From positions 1,120,001 to 1,184,000 of the forward strand of contig CAWIIB010000009.1 of the NCBI GenBank assembly GCA_963836075.1: a stretch of 64,000 nucleotides of DNA, given 5' to 3'. The DNA comes from an uncultured Acidobacteriota bacterium. GTDB taxonomy: Bacteria; Acidobacteriota; JAQAZP01. The translations under genes were made by a program, and so were the position numbers. Numbering within the stretch: position 1 is the first letter of the stretch; the number at the start of each line of letters is the position of its first letter. Below, piece after piece: positions 37,519 to 49,478 of the stretch. The notes beneath the pieces were generated by a model. That model was not told where the DNA came from, ran no database searches, and was given only the letters and a program-made list of their open reading frames with translations.

Positions 37519-39808
37519 TCAGTTGTCAGTTACTTCGTAGACCGTATCCCCGATGAGGACGAGGACGTTGGGCCCCAGGGCCAGCCACTGGCCGACCCGC
37601 GGGTCGCGGGACAGCAGGTCGAAATAGTCCTTGCTGCCAAAGGGGACCCGGATCCGTTTCCCGGAAGTTCCGGTGGGAACGGCAGCGTCGATCCACTGGT
37701 TGCCGTTGCGGTAAAAGGTCCGGCCGCCGGCAAAGCGGATCTCCTGCCCGGCCAGTGCTTCCCCGACGCGGTCCCGTTTGCCGGATCCCTCGCCCGTCTG
37801 TCCCCGGCTGGCGTAGCGGTTGGCCGTCATGGGGGCGGCCGCGGCCTGGTCGGCCTTTTTCAGCGCGTCGAACGCCTGGGCCCCGCCCACCGCGGCATAC
37901 CCGCTCTTCTCCTCGTTCACCTGCCGGTACATCCGGCCCGTCTCTTCCTCGAGGTAGCCGAGGTCGCGCAGGGCACGGGCCGGCAAGGGCACGTTCCGCC
38001 GGTCCTCGTCCTCGATGATCAGGTAGGCGGTGTACGGGGTGACGATGCCGTGGGCCCGGGCCAGTTCGGTGACCTCCTGCTTCAACTCGGCGCTTTCGCC
38101 GTGCAGGCGGATCTGGTCCAGCAGGTAACCCACCCGGCGGGTGGCCCAGAGCCGGGGGATGAAGTCGTGGCCCGACCCGTCACGGGGGAAGTTCGCCCGG
38201 TAGGTGAAACGGCGGGACGTGCCGTTGACCGTCCCGCGGAGGCTGATCTCGGCATCCCCGTGTCCGGAGAAGCGGCCGGCCACCTTCAGCTGCTCGCCCT
38301 TGAACAGGTCGGGCAGCGGCGAGGGGTGAAGCCTGGTGGTGCGCACCGGTCCGGAGATCTCCAGCTGGAGGCCGGCGAGCACCGGTTCGCTGATCTTGCC
38401 GTAGAACGAGGAGAGCTTCAGTTCCAGGTCCTCGTCGGGCAGCACATACTGGCTGGCCGCCCTGGTTTCTTCGGTGATCCGGTCCAGCAGGTGGGTGTTG
38501 ATGTCGGTGCCGACCCCCAGGCAGAAGACCCGTACCGATCGGCGGCCGATGGTCTCGCCCAGCCGCCTGAGGATCTGCTCCTCGTCGGTGCTGCCGATGG
38601 TGGGCAGGCCGTCGGTGAGGAAGACCACCATGTAGGGCCGGCCTTCACGGGCCTGTTCCGCGGCGGGTTCGACGGCGGTGAGCAGCGCGTCTTCGATGGC
38701 CGTCCCGCCGATGGGCTTGAGCCCGTCAACCAGGGCTTCGGCCTGGTCCAGGTGTTCCCGGTCGGCCGGGACAAGCCTGCGGAACAGCGGCCGGGCCTCG
38801 GTGGCAAAGGGCACGAGCTCGAAGCGATCACCCCGGTTGAGATTGCGCAGGCAGAAGCGGAGCGCCCGCCGGGCCTGGTCGAGCTTGTTCCCGTCGGCCA
38901 TGGAGCCGGAGGTGTCGAGGACGAAGACCACGTCCTTCTCCATCGCCTGGCTCCTCTCCATGCCGGCTGATGGCGAAGCGATGAGCAGGAAATACCCGTC
39001 CTCGCCGGGCCCGTTTCCGGGGCAGGCCAGCAGGTCGAGCCCCAGATCGTCACCGCGCTGCGGGGAGAAATAGAGCTGGAAGTCGGTGTCGGGCAGGACG
39101 TTGTTCGCCTCGTACGCGGCCACGGCACGCCTCGGGCCCTGCCGCTCGATCTCCACCGGGTGGCTGGGTGAGTAGAGCGAACCGATCTCCCGGCTGCCCG
39201 ACAGTTCCACGGTCACCGAGACGCTCTCCAGCGGGCGGGCCGAAAACTTCTCGGTGTTCAGCGGGTAGCGGTACTCCAGCATGCCGCTGTCCCCGGAGAG
39301 CAGCTGGGTGTAGCGCAGCTTGACCCGTTTGTCGCTCCGCGGCTCGATGGGGAAGATTCGTGCCTTGAACGCCTCGCGGCCCGCGTATTCCAGCAGGGCC
39401 GGGTCGCGCATGCTGCGGACGATATCCTCGTAAATCTTTCGTGCCTTGCCGGCGTCCAGCAGCTCGGCCTCGGTCATCCGGCCATTGACGTCCATGGAGA
39501 AGCTGTCCAGCTGTCCGTCCCGGGGCACCGGGAAGAGATACGTCCCCTCCAGCCGCTGGTGGTTGGGGTTGAAGAAGACCTGGTCCACCTCGGTGACCGC
39601 GAAGCGGTCGGTGATCTTCACCGTCACATGGTGGTATTTCACCTCCAGCGGCGCGAAGCGGTGCGGCGGCCGGAACGGGGGATGGTGGGGCAGCGGCGGC
39701 GGGTCGTGGATGATGATCAGGCCGTCGGCCCGGGCGGACTGGCCGGCCATGGACGCCGGCCAGCAGGCAGAGAATCAGGATCAGTGCTTTTCGTGTATTG
39801 CTGAACAT
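37519..39808 (-). CDS. Secreted VIT + vWA domain protein (frameshift ~39751)
   Basis: VIT (DQVFFNP..LEGTYLFP, DPALLE), DTSGSM, FLTDG, GIVTPYTAYL; GGAGG RBS. Confidence 0.85.
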
Positions 39809-40023
39809 GTGGAACCTCCTTCCACCGGTGTTGCCGTATCGATCGCGTTCACCCGGTTTAACAAGGCAGCAACGATTTTGTTCAGTGGGGTGCCGTTTCG
39901 CCTGACCGCAATTACTCGTCCTGTTCCGGCTTCGCGATTCCGGCGGCCGGTGGACTGGCCCTGATCCGGGTGGCATAATGAATCAATCGTTTGCAAACGG
40001 ACCCGGTGGTACAGGAGATCATC

Positions 40024-43000
40024 GTGCGATTCTCCAGCTGCAATCTTCGCGGGTGCTGGTTCGGCCTCGCCCTCTTCTTCCTCTTCTCCGTCTCCCTGTC
40101 CGGCATCGCCGATCCGGAAGTTCCGGCCCCCGTCGTGCCGCAATACGAACGTCTGCTTGCCGGCGAGGACGAGGTGCGGGCCGCTGAACTGGAGGACCGG
40201 ATCTCGCAGCTTCGCCGGGAGGGGAGGTATGACGGCGCCCTTCTACCGGCGACGGAGGTTCTCGAACTCCGGCAGCGGGTGCAGGGTGTGCGACCATTGG
40301 GAAACGGTTTCCGCCAGGCAGCTGCTGGCCAGCCTGGAGCGGATCGCCGGCCTGCCGGCCGAGGGCCGGGACGAGGCCGCCCGGGCGTACTCCGGGCTGC
40401 TGGAGGCCAATCGCCTGGCTGAGGAAAAGCAATATGCCGACGCCGCCGAATTGGGCGGACCGGTGCTGGAAACCCGCCGGCGCCTGCTGGGCGATGGTGA
40501 TGTCCTGACGCTGAACGCGATGAACGATCTGGGTGCGGCCTTGTTCCTGGCCACGAATCCCGACCTGGCGGAGCCGCTGCTGCGGGAGGCCCTGGCCGGC
40601 CGGCAGGCATTACTGGGCCCGGACCACCCGCGGACCATGCTGACCCGTGTCGTGCTCGCAAACTGCTGCCGGTTGCAGAGCAGGTTCGAGGAAGCCGGCC
40701 GGTTGTATGCCGAGTCTCTGGACGGCCGCCGCCGGGTTCTGGGCGACGATCACCTGAAAACCTTACAGTTGGTGAGCCGCCAGGCTCACCTGGCACGTGA
40801 CCAGTCCCACCTCGAAGAGGCCGAAAAGCTCTATCGCCAGGTTCTCGCCGAGTACCGCCGGGTGTTGGGAGACAAGCATGAAGAGACCCTGGGCGCGCTC
40901 TGCGATCTCTCCCTGATTCTCCAGGACATGGGGAAATTCGACGAGGCGGAGGAGGCGATCCGGGAGGCGGTGGATACGGCCCGCCGGGACCTGGAGCCCG
41001 ACGACCCGCAATCCTTATCGATATTGAACCGCTGGTCCACGTTGCTGATGGGCCGGGGCCGGTACGACGAAGCCGAACCGGTGTTGCTGGAGTTGCTGGC
41101 TGGCGCTCGAAAGCTGTATGGAGAGGAGAGCTCGTTCGTTGCCCTCGTGTACCAGAACTTCGGTGGTCTCTATTATTCCTCCGGAAAACTGGGAGATGCG
41201 GAAGTCTATTTCAACAAGGCACTGGAGCTCCGCCGCGAACTTTTCGGCGAAAACAACGCCAGGACATTGACCACCATGATCAACCGGGCCCACGTGCTGG
41301 TCTCCCTGGGCCGGTTGTCCGAGGCCGAGCAGGCCTACCGCCAGGGGCTGGAGGGGCGGAGAGCTCTTCTCGGCGATGAGCACCTGGACACGCTGACCGC
41401 CATGAACAGCCTCGGTTACTGTTGCCGCTCCCAGGGCCGGTTGTCCGACGCCGAGTACTATTTCAGGAAATCGCTGGAGGGCTTCCTTCGCATCGTGCCC
41501 GAGGATCACCCGAATACCCTCACCGCATATCTCAACCTGGGGCACATCCTGGAGGCCCAGTGGCGGTTGCCCGAAGCCGAGCCGCTGATCCGCCGTGCCC
41601 TTGCCGGTTACCGTGCGGTCTACGGCGAAGACCACCCCCGCACCTTGCTGGGCCTGCACAACATGGCCCACCTGCTGGAGGACCAGGGCCACCTGGAAGA
41701 GGCCGAAGCCGCCTACTTCGAAACTCTGGAGGGACGCCGGCGGGTGCTGGGCCCCGATCACCCGCGGACCATCACCGTGCTGAACAACCTCGGGATACTG
41801 GCCAGGAAGCAGGGGCAGTTGGACGTGGCCGAGGAACGGATGCGCCTCGCGCTGGCCGACCGGCGCCGGGTGCTGGGTGACGAGAACCCGCACACCCTGA
41901 CCTCCATCGAGAACCTGGGGGTGATCCTGATGAGGCAGGACCGTCTGGAGGAGGCGGAACCGCTGATCCGTGAAGCCCTGGACGGCCGGCGGCGGGTGCT
42001 GGGTGAAAACCACCCCCGCACCCTCGGCTCGATGCAGAACCTGGGCCGTCTGCTGGAAGAAAAGGGGGAGCTCGATCAGGCGGAGCTGCTGATCCTGGGG
42101 GCCCAGGACGGCTTGCGCGGGATTTTCGGTGAGGCCCATGTCAACATCACCGGGAGCTTGAACCTGCTCGGTGAGCTGTACTACCGCAAGGGAGATCTGG
42201 CCGGGGCCACCGCCGCCTGGACCGAGGCCGCCGAGAGTTTCGAAGCCGCCCGGTTACGGTCCGGGGCCCGCGGCCTGGAGCGGGTCCACTTTGCCGCCGG
42301 TCACTCGCCGCTGGCCCCCCTGGCCGCCTGCCTGGCGCGGGGCGGCAAGGCGGTTGAGGCCTGGCAGCGGTTCGAGGCCAGTCTGGCCCGGGGGTTGCTG
42401 GATACGGTCTCTTCACGGTACGCCCGTCCGTTGAGCCGGGAGGAACGGCAGCGGGAATCGGACCTGATCAGCCGGTTGTCCAAACTTGATGAGCGAATGG
42501 GCCGGATTTACGGCATGGCCGGCCCGGATGCCGGCGATGAACAGGCGGTCGTCGGAGAAAAGCTGCGCGCCGAACGGGACGGGCTGCTCCAGGAACTGGC
42601 CATCTTTCAATCCGAGATCAGCGGCAAGTACGGCGTTGCCGCCGGAGAGGTGTACGGCCTGCAGCGGATCCAGACCCGGATCCCGGCCGGCACGGCGCTG
42701 CTCGGGTGGGTCGATGTCGTCCCCACCGGAACAGCGGGCAAAAAGGCCGGGGAGCACTGGGCCTGCCTGATCCGGAAGAGTGGTTCACCGGTGTGGGTCG
42801 CACTTCCGGGCAGCGGCCCCGGAGGAGCCTGGACCGCCGCCGACTCAGAGCTCATCGGTCAGCTTCGCGAAGCGCTGGGCAAGCGGGCCCGTCGCGCCGC
42901 CGACCGCCGGCGGCTGGCCCTGCTCCGGCAGCGGCTGCGGGCCCAGCGGATCGAGCCGCTGGTGCCTCACCTGGCCGGAATCAGCAACCTGGTGGTACTG

Positions 43001-44053
43001 CCCGCCGGGCAGATGGCCGGTGTGCCAGTGGAGGCGCTGGCCAACGATTACACGGTGAGCTACACGCCGTCGGGCACCATGTTCGCCTGGTTGGGGGAAA
43101 AGCGTGATCAGGGGGCCGGCCGCGGTCCGGCGGATCGGCCCCCCCTGCTGGCCCTGGGCGACCCCGTGTTCACAAGCGCCTCGGTGACCGATGCCAAGGC
43201 GCCGGAGAGCGGTGACCCGGCGGTGCGCGCGTTGCCCGCGCCAGGGCCCAGCCGGCAGGTTCGGATAGGATCGCTGATGCCCCTGCCCGGAACCAGGCGC
43301 GAAGTTGAAGCCATCGCCCGGCTGTTCGACCCGCCCGAGGGGATGCCCGGCCCGCTGGTGCTGCTCGGTTCGGCGGCCAGCGAGCAGAGGTTGGATGCCC
43401 TCTCCGTGTCGGGGCAGTTGGAGGGCTTTCGCTATATCCACCTGGCCACCCACGGGGTGATGGACGACCAGGTGGCCATGCGCTCGGCCCTGATCCTCTC
43501 CCAGGACCGGCTGGGTGACTCCCTCCAGCGGGTGATCGAGGGCAAGGATGTGTTTGACGGCTGGCTCACCGGCGAGCAGATCGTCCGGACCTGGAAGCTG
43601 GACGCCGACCTGGTGACCCTGAGCGGCTGCGAAACGGCCCTGGGCCAGGAAGCCGGCGGCGAGGGCTACCTCGGCTTTTCCCAGGCCCTGTTCGTGGCCG
43701 GTGCCCGCAGCCTGGTACTCAGCCTGTGGAAGGTGGACGACCGGGCCACCATGCTCCTGATGCAGCGGTTTTACGAAAACCTGCTGGGGCGCTTCTCTTC
43801 CGTCCGTGGCCTCCCCGGAGCGGAGTTCGAACCCGGCGTCGCCATGCCCCGGGCCGAGGCCCTGCGTGAGGCCAAGGCCTGGCTGAGCGGGCTCACCGCC
43901 GACGAGGTTCGGGAACTGGATCCCGCCGGCAACCGGTCCGGCACCCGGGACGCAGGCTCCGGCCCATCGGAACCGGTGAACCGACTGTCGGGCAAGCCCT
44001 TCGAGGATCCCCGCTACTGGGCGGCCTTCATCCTGCTGGGTGACCCGCTGTAG
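40024..44053 (+). CDS. Signal-peptide TPR-CHAT caspase-like protease (frameshift ~40288)
   Basis: AGGAG RBS and GTG start; ~42-aa TPR repeats (LG.DHP.TL); CHAT dyad HLATHG and LSGCET; SLWKVDD, YWAAF. Confidence 0.88.
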
Positions 44054-44094
44054 AGCCCCCCCGCCACGTGCAGTTGTCCACCTCAAAAAAAATA

Positions 44095-44120
44095 CAAGTT
44101 AGGCCGGGGACAGTCGTTCA
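44095..44120 (+). promoter_or_regulatory. Putative ECF-sigma promoter of the subtilase gene
   Basis: CAAGTTAG-N12-CGTTCA, shared with 49328 and 49223(-). Confidence 0.65.
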
Positions 44121-44268
44121 TCGAATTGAACGGGGTAGGGATTGCTCCCTCTTCCGGTCGCTGTCATTGGGGCGGCGCCACTGGATGAATGGGGGACCCG
44201 CCTTCGGATTCCTGTTGCCGCAGGTGCCAGAACCATTACCGGTGGCCAGCAGGAGGGAGGACGTGCAG

Positions 44269-47200
44269 ATGAAGAGGCTTTATTCATTACTGTTGACGTG
44301 TTTGCTGGTGATTGTTCTTCCCGCGGTGCCTGTTGCGGATGCGGCCGGCGAGTACGTCCCCCTGATGCGGGCCGATCATGCTCCGCCGCAGAGCGGGAAG
44401 GCCGATCTTGCGGATGTTCCCTTTGGACCGGAGGGAGAACCACCGGAATCGGGTGCCGGCGAGGTCCGGCAGGAGTTACCGGTTCTGGACCGGGATCTGG
44501 CCGGGAAGCTGGCGGCCATCTCCCCGGTGGAACTGGTGCGGGTGATCATTTTCCTCAACTACCAGCCCCAGGATGTCATCGCCGGCGAGGTGAGGTCCTC
44601 GTACGAGGAGGAACTGCGGGAGATCCGGCAGCGGGCCGCGGCGATCAACGGCACGTACGCCATGAAACGTGATCCCGAGGCCGCCACCGACGCCGCAAAC
44701 TACACCAGTGAGAAATTCGATCTCACCGAGGAGGACCGGGCTGCACTGCGGGCGGTGAACGAGGATCACGAAGCCCTGTCGACGGTGATCTCCAGTGAGA
44801 TCGCTGTACGGCTGGCGGCGGAGGTTCAGCCCTCACAGGACATGATTCGAAAAGCAATCGCCCGCCTCGGCGGAAAGGTGGATTTCAGCACCGTCTGCGT
44901 CAACGCCCTGGTGGCCCTGGTGCCTGCCGGGGCGCTGGAGCGTTTGGCCGAAACCGACGGGGTGGCCCGCCTGGTTCGGGACCGCCGGATATCGGGCCAC
45001 CTGACCAACGCCGACAATGCGGTATTGATCCACGAAACACCCCAGGACGGCTTGTGGGATGTTGGCTACACCGGCGGCATCTACGACCCGGCCATCCTCG
45101 ATTCCGGGACCGACCTGACCCACCCCGGGTTGGAGGACGCCACCGGCCGGACCAATTTCTGGTCCTGGTATCTGACAGCCGGTTATTACGATCCCTGGTG
45201 GAACGACGAGATCACCATCGACGACCTGACCGGGCACGGGACCCACGTCATGGGCATCGTCGGCAGTTACGGGACATCCATCTACCCGGGCCACCTGGGC
45301 ATGGCCTACGGTGTGGAGAAGGCGGTGACCCTCAAGGCCGGCTGGCGCGGCCTGGACGGCCTTGGCTACATGTACTGGTCCGACGCCATGAATCTCGTGG
45401 ACCGGGCGCTGTACGATTCCGGTGCGCTGAACCCGGCCGGAACCTTTTCCGACGATGTTGATGGATTGAACCTCAGTTACGGCGGGGATATCCCCGACGA
45501 CGAGGATGATTTCAGCCGGTTCTTCGATTCCATCATCTCCTCCTACCCCGACCTTCCGGTGACTCTCAGCGCAGGCAACTCGGGCCCGGTCAACCCTGAT
45601 TTCAACAGTCCTGCCTGTGCCTACAACACCATCACCGTGGCCAATGTCGAGGATGTGAACACACCCGACCGGGATGATGATTTCATCCGCGATTCGAGCA
45701 CCCGCGGCCCCACCAACGGTGGCCGGCGCAAGCCGGACATCGCCGCCCCGGGCACCGACATCAACTCCTGCAACACGGCCTGGGAAACGGAGCTGGATTA
45801 CATCGACAAGTCGGGGACCAGCATGTCGGCGCCCATGGTGCTGGGCGTCATCATGGACCTGATGGATGCGGGCCTCTACGACGAAAAGGCGATCAAGGCA
45901 CTGCTGATCAACACGGCCCAGAAGAACGAGGGGCTGATCAACTTCGAGAACGATTCCGACGGGTGGAGCACGGCTTACGGCTGGGGCTACCTCAACGCCT
46001 GGGCTGCGTACTACCACCGCGGTGACGTGTTCGAGGACAGCGTCACCGAGCGTCCCACCACCGGGTATTACCGCCTGTACAAAGGCGAGATGCGTGACGA
46101 GACCTCCGCAGGCGAGGGCCGCGACCGGGTGACCCTGGTCTGGAACCGGCACGCCACCTACAACCCGCACGACTACCCCACCACCTACTACAGTCTGAGC
46201 GACCTCAACCTGCGGCTCTACCGGGAGTCGGACGAAACCCTGATCGACTCCGATCTGGGCAGCGCGGACAACGTGCACCAGGTCCGTGTCGATGCCGGCA
46301 CTGAGGCCCCCGTAGAAGTGGTGGTCAAGGCCTATGCCTGGTCCACCGATTTCAACCACGGTGGGGACACCGAGTACTTTGCCCTGGCCACCGAGGAGGG
46401 CTTTGTGGAGGTGGATCTGCCCACTGATTTTGCGGCCCTCGGCTCCTATCCCTTCTCGGTGGAACCGAACGAGGAGTTCCAGTTTTCAATCCATTTCACC
46501 AACAACAGCGAGATCGCGGCCCACAACTGCTCGATCGATCTGAACCTGCCCGCCGGCTGGACCCTCCTTTCCGGTTCCGACCCCTATGACCTGGGCTCCA
46601 TTGCCGGGGGCGGCGGCCAGTCCGCCGACGCGGTCTTCACCGTGAGAGCACAGTCGTGGGAGGAAGCCGGCGTGCACCTCGACCTCTCCTTCTCCCACGA
46701 CTCCTACGCTGAAGCCTGGAGCTCGGCGTGGTATATCCCGATCACCGTCGATCTCGATTCCACGCCGCCCGCGCCCGATCCCATGGCCTGGCTGGTCTCC
46801 CCGGCCGCCCTGGGGGTCAACCAGATCGCCATGACTTCCGTCACGGCCTACGATACGCACCAGCCGGTGGAGTACCTACTTCGACTACTACAACAGCCCC
46901 ACCGGCGGCACCGGCGGCAGCAACTCCGGCTGGCAGCCCGGCACGTATTTCGTCGACAGCGTGCTGCAGATCAACAACCAGTACGGTTACCGGGTCAAGG
47001 CCCGGGACGACGCCCTGACCCCCAATGAAACCGGGTACTCCCCGCTGGTCTACGCCTACACCTTTGCTGCTGTGCCGGGCACGCCGTCCGCGGGCAACCC
47101 CTCCACGTCGACGCTCGACGTGACCATCGCGGCCAACGGCAACCCGTCGTGGACCGAGTGTGCGATCTATCTCTCCGGTGACGGCGGGAGTACCCAGGTA

Positions 47201-47762
47201 CTATCTCAATGCTTCGGGTGGTTCAAACGGGGGAACGCCCTTCTATCAGCCGATCAGCGCCTGGGGCACGGTGACCGCCACCGGTCTCAACCCGGGGACC
47301 ACCTACGCCTTCCGGGTGCGTGCCCGCAACGGTGACGGTCTCATCACCGACTGGTCGCCCTGGGGCTACGGTACCACCGGCAGCCTGGCCACCGACACCA
47401 TCCAGGCCACGATCAGCGCGTCCCCCACGTCGGGGGTGGTGCCCTTCAGCACCCAGTTCACCGCCGAGCTGACCAACCTGCTGGCCACCGAGCAGCGCCG
47501 GGTCTACGGCCGGATCGACGTGATCAGCGGCAGCGGGGCCTCATATGGCAACTGGCGCTCCGGGTGGACCAACCTCAGCGGCGGGGAGGTCTATACCGCG
47601 GTCTGGTCCCAGGGCATACCGGCCCTGTCCTCGCTGCTGGGTGACAACCTGTTCACCGTTCATGGCGTCGATGTGACACCGGCTCCATACAACCAGCCGC
47701 CGTACTCACCGTCCGGCGATACGGACAGCGACAGCGTAATCGTAACCGCCATGGCCCCCTGA
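44269..47762 (+). CDS. Secreted S8 subtilase with FN3-like domains and PYNQPPY-type C-terminal domain (frameshifts ~46875, ~47194)
   Basis: Signal peptide; ILDSG, GHGTHV, SAGN, SGTSMSAP; ORFs 44068, 46961 and 47160 join into one protein. Confidence 0.86.
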
Positions 47763-47782
47763 ACCCGGGGTGCTGGTAACTT

Positions 47783-47815
47783 CCCTCCGGGCCGCCAGGG
47801 CCCGGGGGGCTTTTT
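47783..47815 (+). terminator. Rho-independent terminator
   Basis: GC stem followed by TTTTT after the subtilase stop. Confidence 0.65.
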
Positions 47816-47869
47816 AATGTACGGTTATGTCGGGCAGCGGGGGATGGTTTTCGAAGGAGGTGGGCGGGT

Positions 47870-48625
47870 TTACTCTGCCGGCGCGATGTTGACCTGCACC
47901 TGCTCCAGGAGTGTCTCTCCATCAGCGGCGGCAAACCGGACGGTGAATGTGCCCGGTTCCGCGAAGCGGAGCACGGTGCGCAGGTTGTAGTCCTCGAGCA
48001 CGGTGGTTTCACCGTTGAGCATCACGTTGCCCTCGCTGTCCAGCAGCGTGTAGGTCACCGGCGTGCCGGGCCCGTACTCCAGGCCTTCCAGAAAGACCTC
48101 GATCAGTACCACGCCACCCGGGGCGATGGTGGCCGGGACGGCCCCGGGCTCACCCGAACGGAGAGCCGACTGGTCGATGATGATGCTGTTCACCGGCAGG
48201 ATTCCGGTCGGCTGCGCCGGCTCGGGGGCGCTGCGCGGTATCAGCATGACGCCTGCGAGCAACGCCGCCGCGGCGGCAGGGACGTAGAGCGGCATGCGCA
48301 GGGTCAGCAGCCGGGAGATGTAGTCCCGCAGGCGGGACGGTGGCGATTCGGACCGCAGGCCGAGCCGTGCGGCAATCTCTTCTTCCAGGCGGGTCTCCTC
48401 GACAGGTTCCAGCTCGGGGCCCCCGGCCCCGGTGTCGATCCGCTTCACCAGTTCGATGCACTCGGCGCAGTCGTTGAGATGGAAATCCACGGCGAAGGCC
48501 CGCTCCTCGGGGAGCGCACCCTCCTGGAACCGGCGGATTTCTTTGGCCGTGGGGCAGGCCGGCAGCGCGTCACGCGCTTCGGCATAGGCCCGTTGCAGGT
48601 CATCCATCTGCTCTGGTTTGTTCAT
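47870..48625 (-). CDS. Zinc-finger (zf-HC2) transmembrane anti-sigma factor
   Basis: HLNDCAEC (Hx3Cx2C), single TM, ~120-aa extracytoplasmic domain; directly downstream of the ECF gene. Confidence 0.82.
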   Translation of the reverse strand: MNKPEQMDDLQRAYAEARDALPACPTAKEIRRFQEGALPEERAFAVDFHLNDCAECIELVKRIDTGAGGPELEPVEETRLEEEIAARLGLRSESPPSRLRDYISRLLTLRMPLYVPAAAAALLAGVMLIPRSAPEPAQPTGILPVNSIIIDQSALRSGEPGAVPATIAPGGVVLIEVFLEGLEYGPGTPVTYTLLDSEGNVMLNGETTVLEDYNLRTVLRFAEPGTFTVRFAAADGETLLEQVQVNIAPAE

Positions 48626-48655
48626 TTCACCTTGCCTCCCGGGACGGCGATCGGT

Positions 48656-49210
48656 TCACCCTCTCCGTCTGCGGAACAGGGTCTTCATCTGCGCCGCGGA
48701 GTAGCCGTAGCGGGCCACCAGTATCCGCTCCAGCAACTTGCGCGATCTGACCAGGCTGCGCTGCAGCGTGTAAATATTCATCTTCAGCCTCTCCGCGATC
48801 TCGCTGTCCGAGCAGCCCTCGAAGTAGGCCATCTCGAACACCCGCTGCTGACCCTCGGGCAGCGGCAGCCTCTTCCGGCTCAGCCGCTCCCTGATCAGGT
48901 CGTCCTCCTGGCGTGCTTCGGTGGCCAGGGGAACCTCGGTCTCCGAGTCCAGGTCCTTGTATTTCCACCTGATCTCGGCGCGCACGTAGTCCACCAGCAG
49001 GTTGTGAAACGAGGCGTAGAGGAATTTTTCGGCCTCGTCCTCACTGCCGAACCGGCGCTCCTCCTCCAGCATCCGCACGAAGAGGTGCTGCACCAGGTCG
49101 GCGGCCCGGTTCTTCTCCCGCAGCGAGCGGTGGGCCCGGCGGAGAAGGATCCGGAAATGCCCGTCATAGAGCCGGGCCACAACTGCCTTCCACTGGGTTG
49201 AACGTTTCAT
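48656..49210 (-). CDS. ECF RNA polymerase sigma factor (true start possibly GTG 49180)
   Basis: AADLVQHLF, NLLVDYVR (region 2); QQRVFEM..FEG.S..EIAERL (region 4). Confidence 0.85.
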   Translation of the reverse strand: MKRSTQWKAVVARLYDGHFRILLRRAHRSLREKNRAADLVQHLFVRMLEEERRFGSEDEAEKFLYASFHNLLVDYVRAEIRWKYKDLDSETEVPLATEARQEDDLIRERLSRKRLPLPEGQQRVFEMAYFEGCSDSEIAERLKMNIYTLQRSLVRSRKLLERILVARYGYSAAQMKTLFRRRRG

Positions 49211-49223
49211 GCGCCGCTACTTG
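49199..49223 (-). promoter_or_regulatory. Putative autoregulatory ECF promoter
   Basis: CAAGTAG-N12-CGTTCA on the minus strand overlapping the ORF-track ATG; GGAAGG and an in-frame GTG follow. Confidence 0.55.
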
Positions 49224-49327
49224 TATGTTTATTCACGTTCTTCCGTCCAATTCGGTATTCCCCAAGTATATCAGAGACCATCATCTGAGCCGTCCGCCAC
49301 GAAGCGCCAGGTCACTGAATAAAAGTC

Positions 49328-49352
49328 CAAGTTAGCCCCTCCCGGACGTTCA
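49328..49352 (+). promoter_or_regulatory. Putative ECF-sigma promoter of the 49479 gene
   Basis: CAAGTTAG-N11-CGTTCA. Confidence 0.65.
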
Positions 49353-49478
49353 ACCGGATATGAACCGCTCCGCGGGCCGCAAGGCCTCCGGGCGGCTGCC
49401 GCCGGCGGCCACCCGGGCTACAGCTTCCCGGGGGAGCTTCCATTGAGCCGTTTGAGCACCGCAAGGAGATGTGCACCC

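Noticed and set aside
49356-49422. gggccgcaaggcctccggg...ccgggctac resembling a c-di-GMP-I riboswitch
   Set aside because: The GGCAAA 5' strand, GNRA tetraloop and receptor are not evident; needs an Rfam scan
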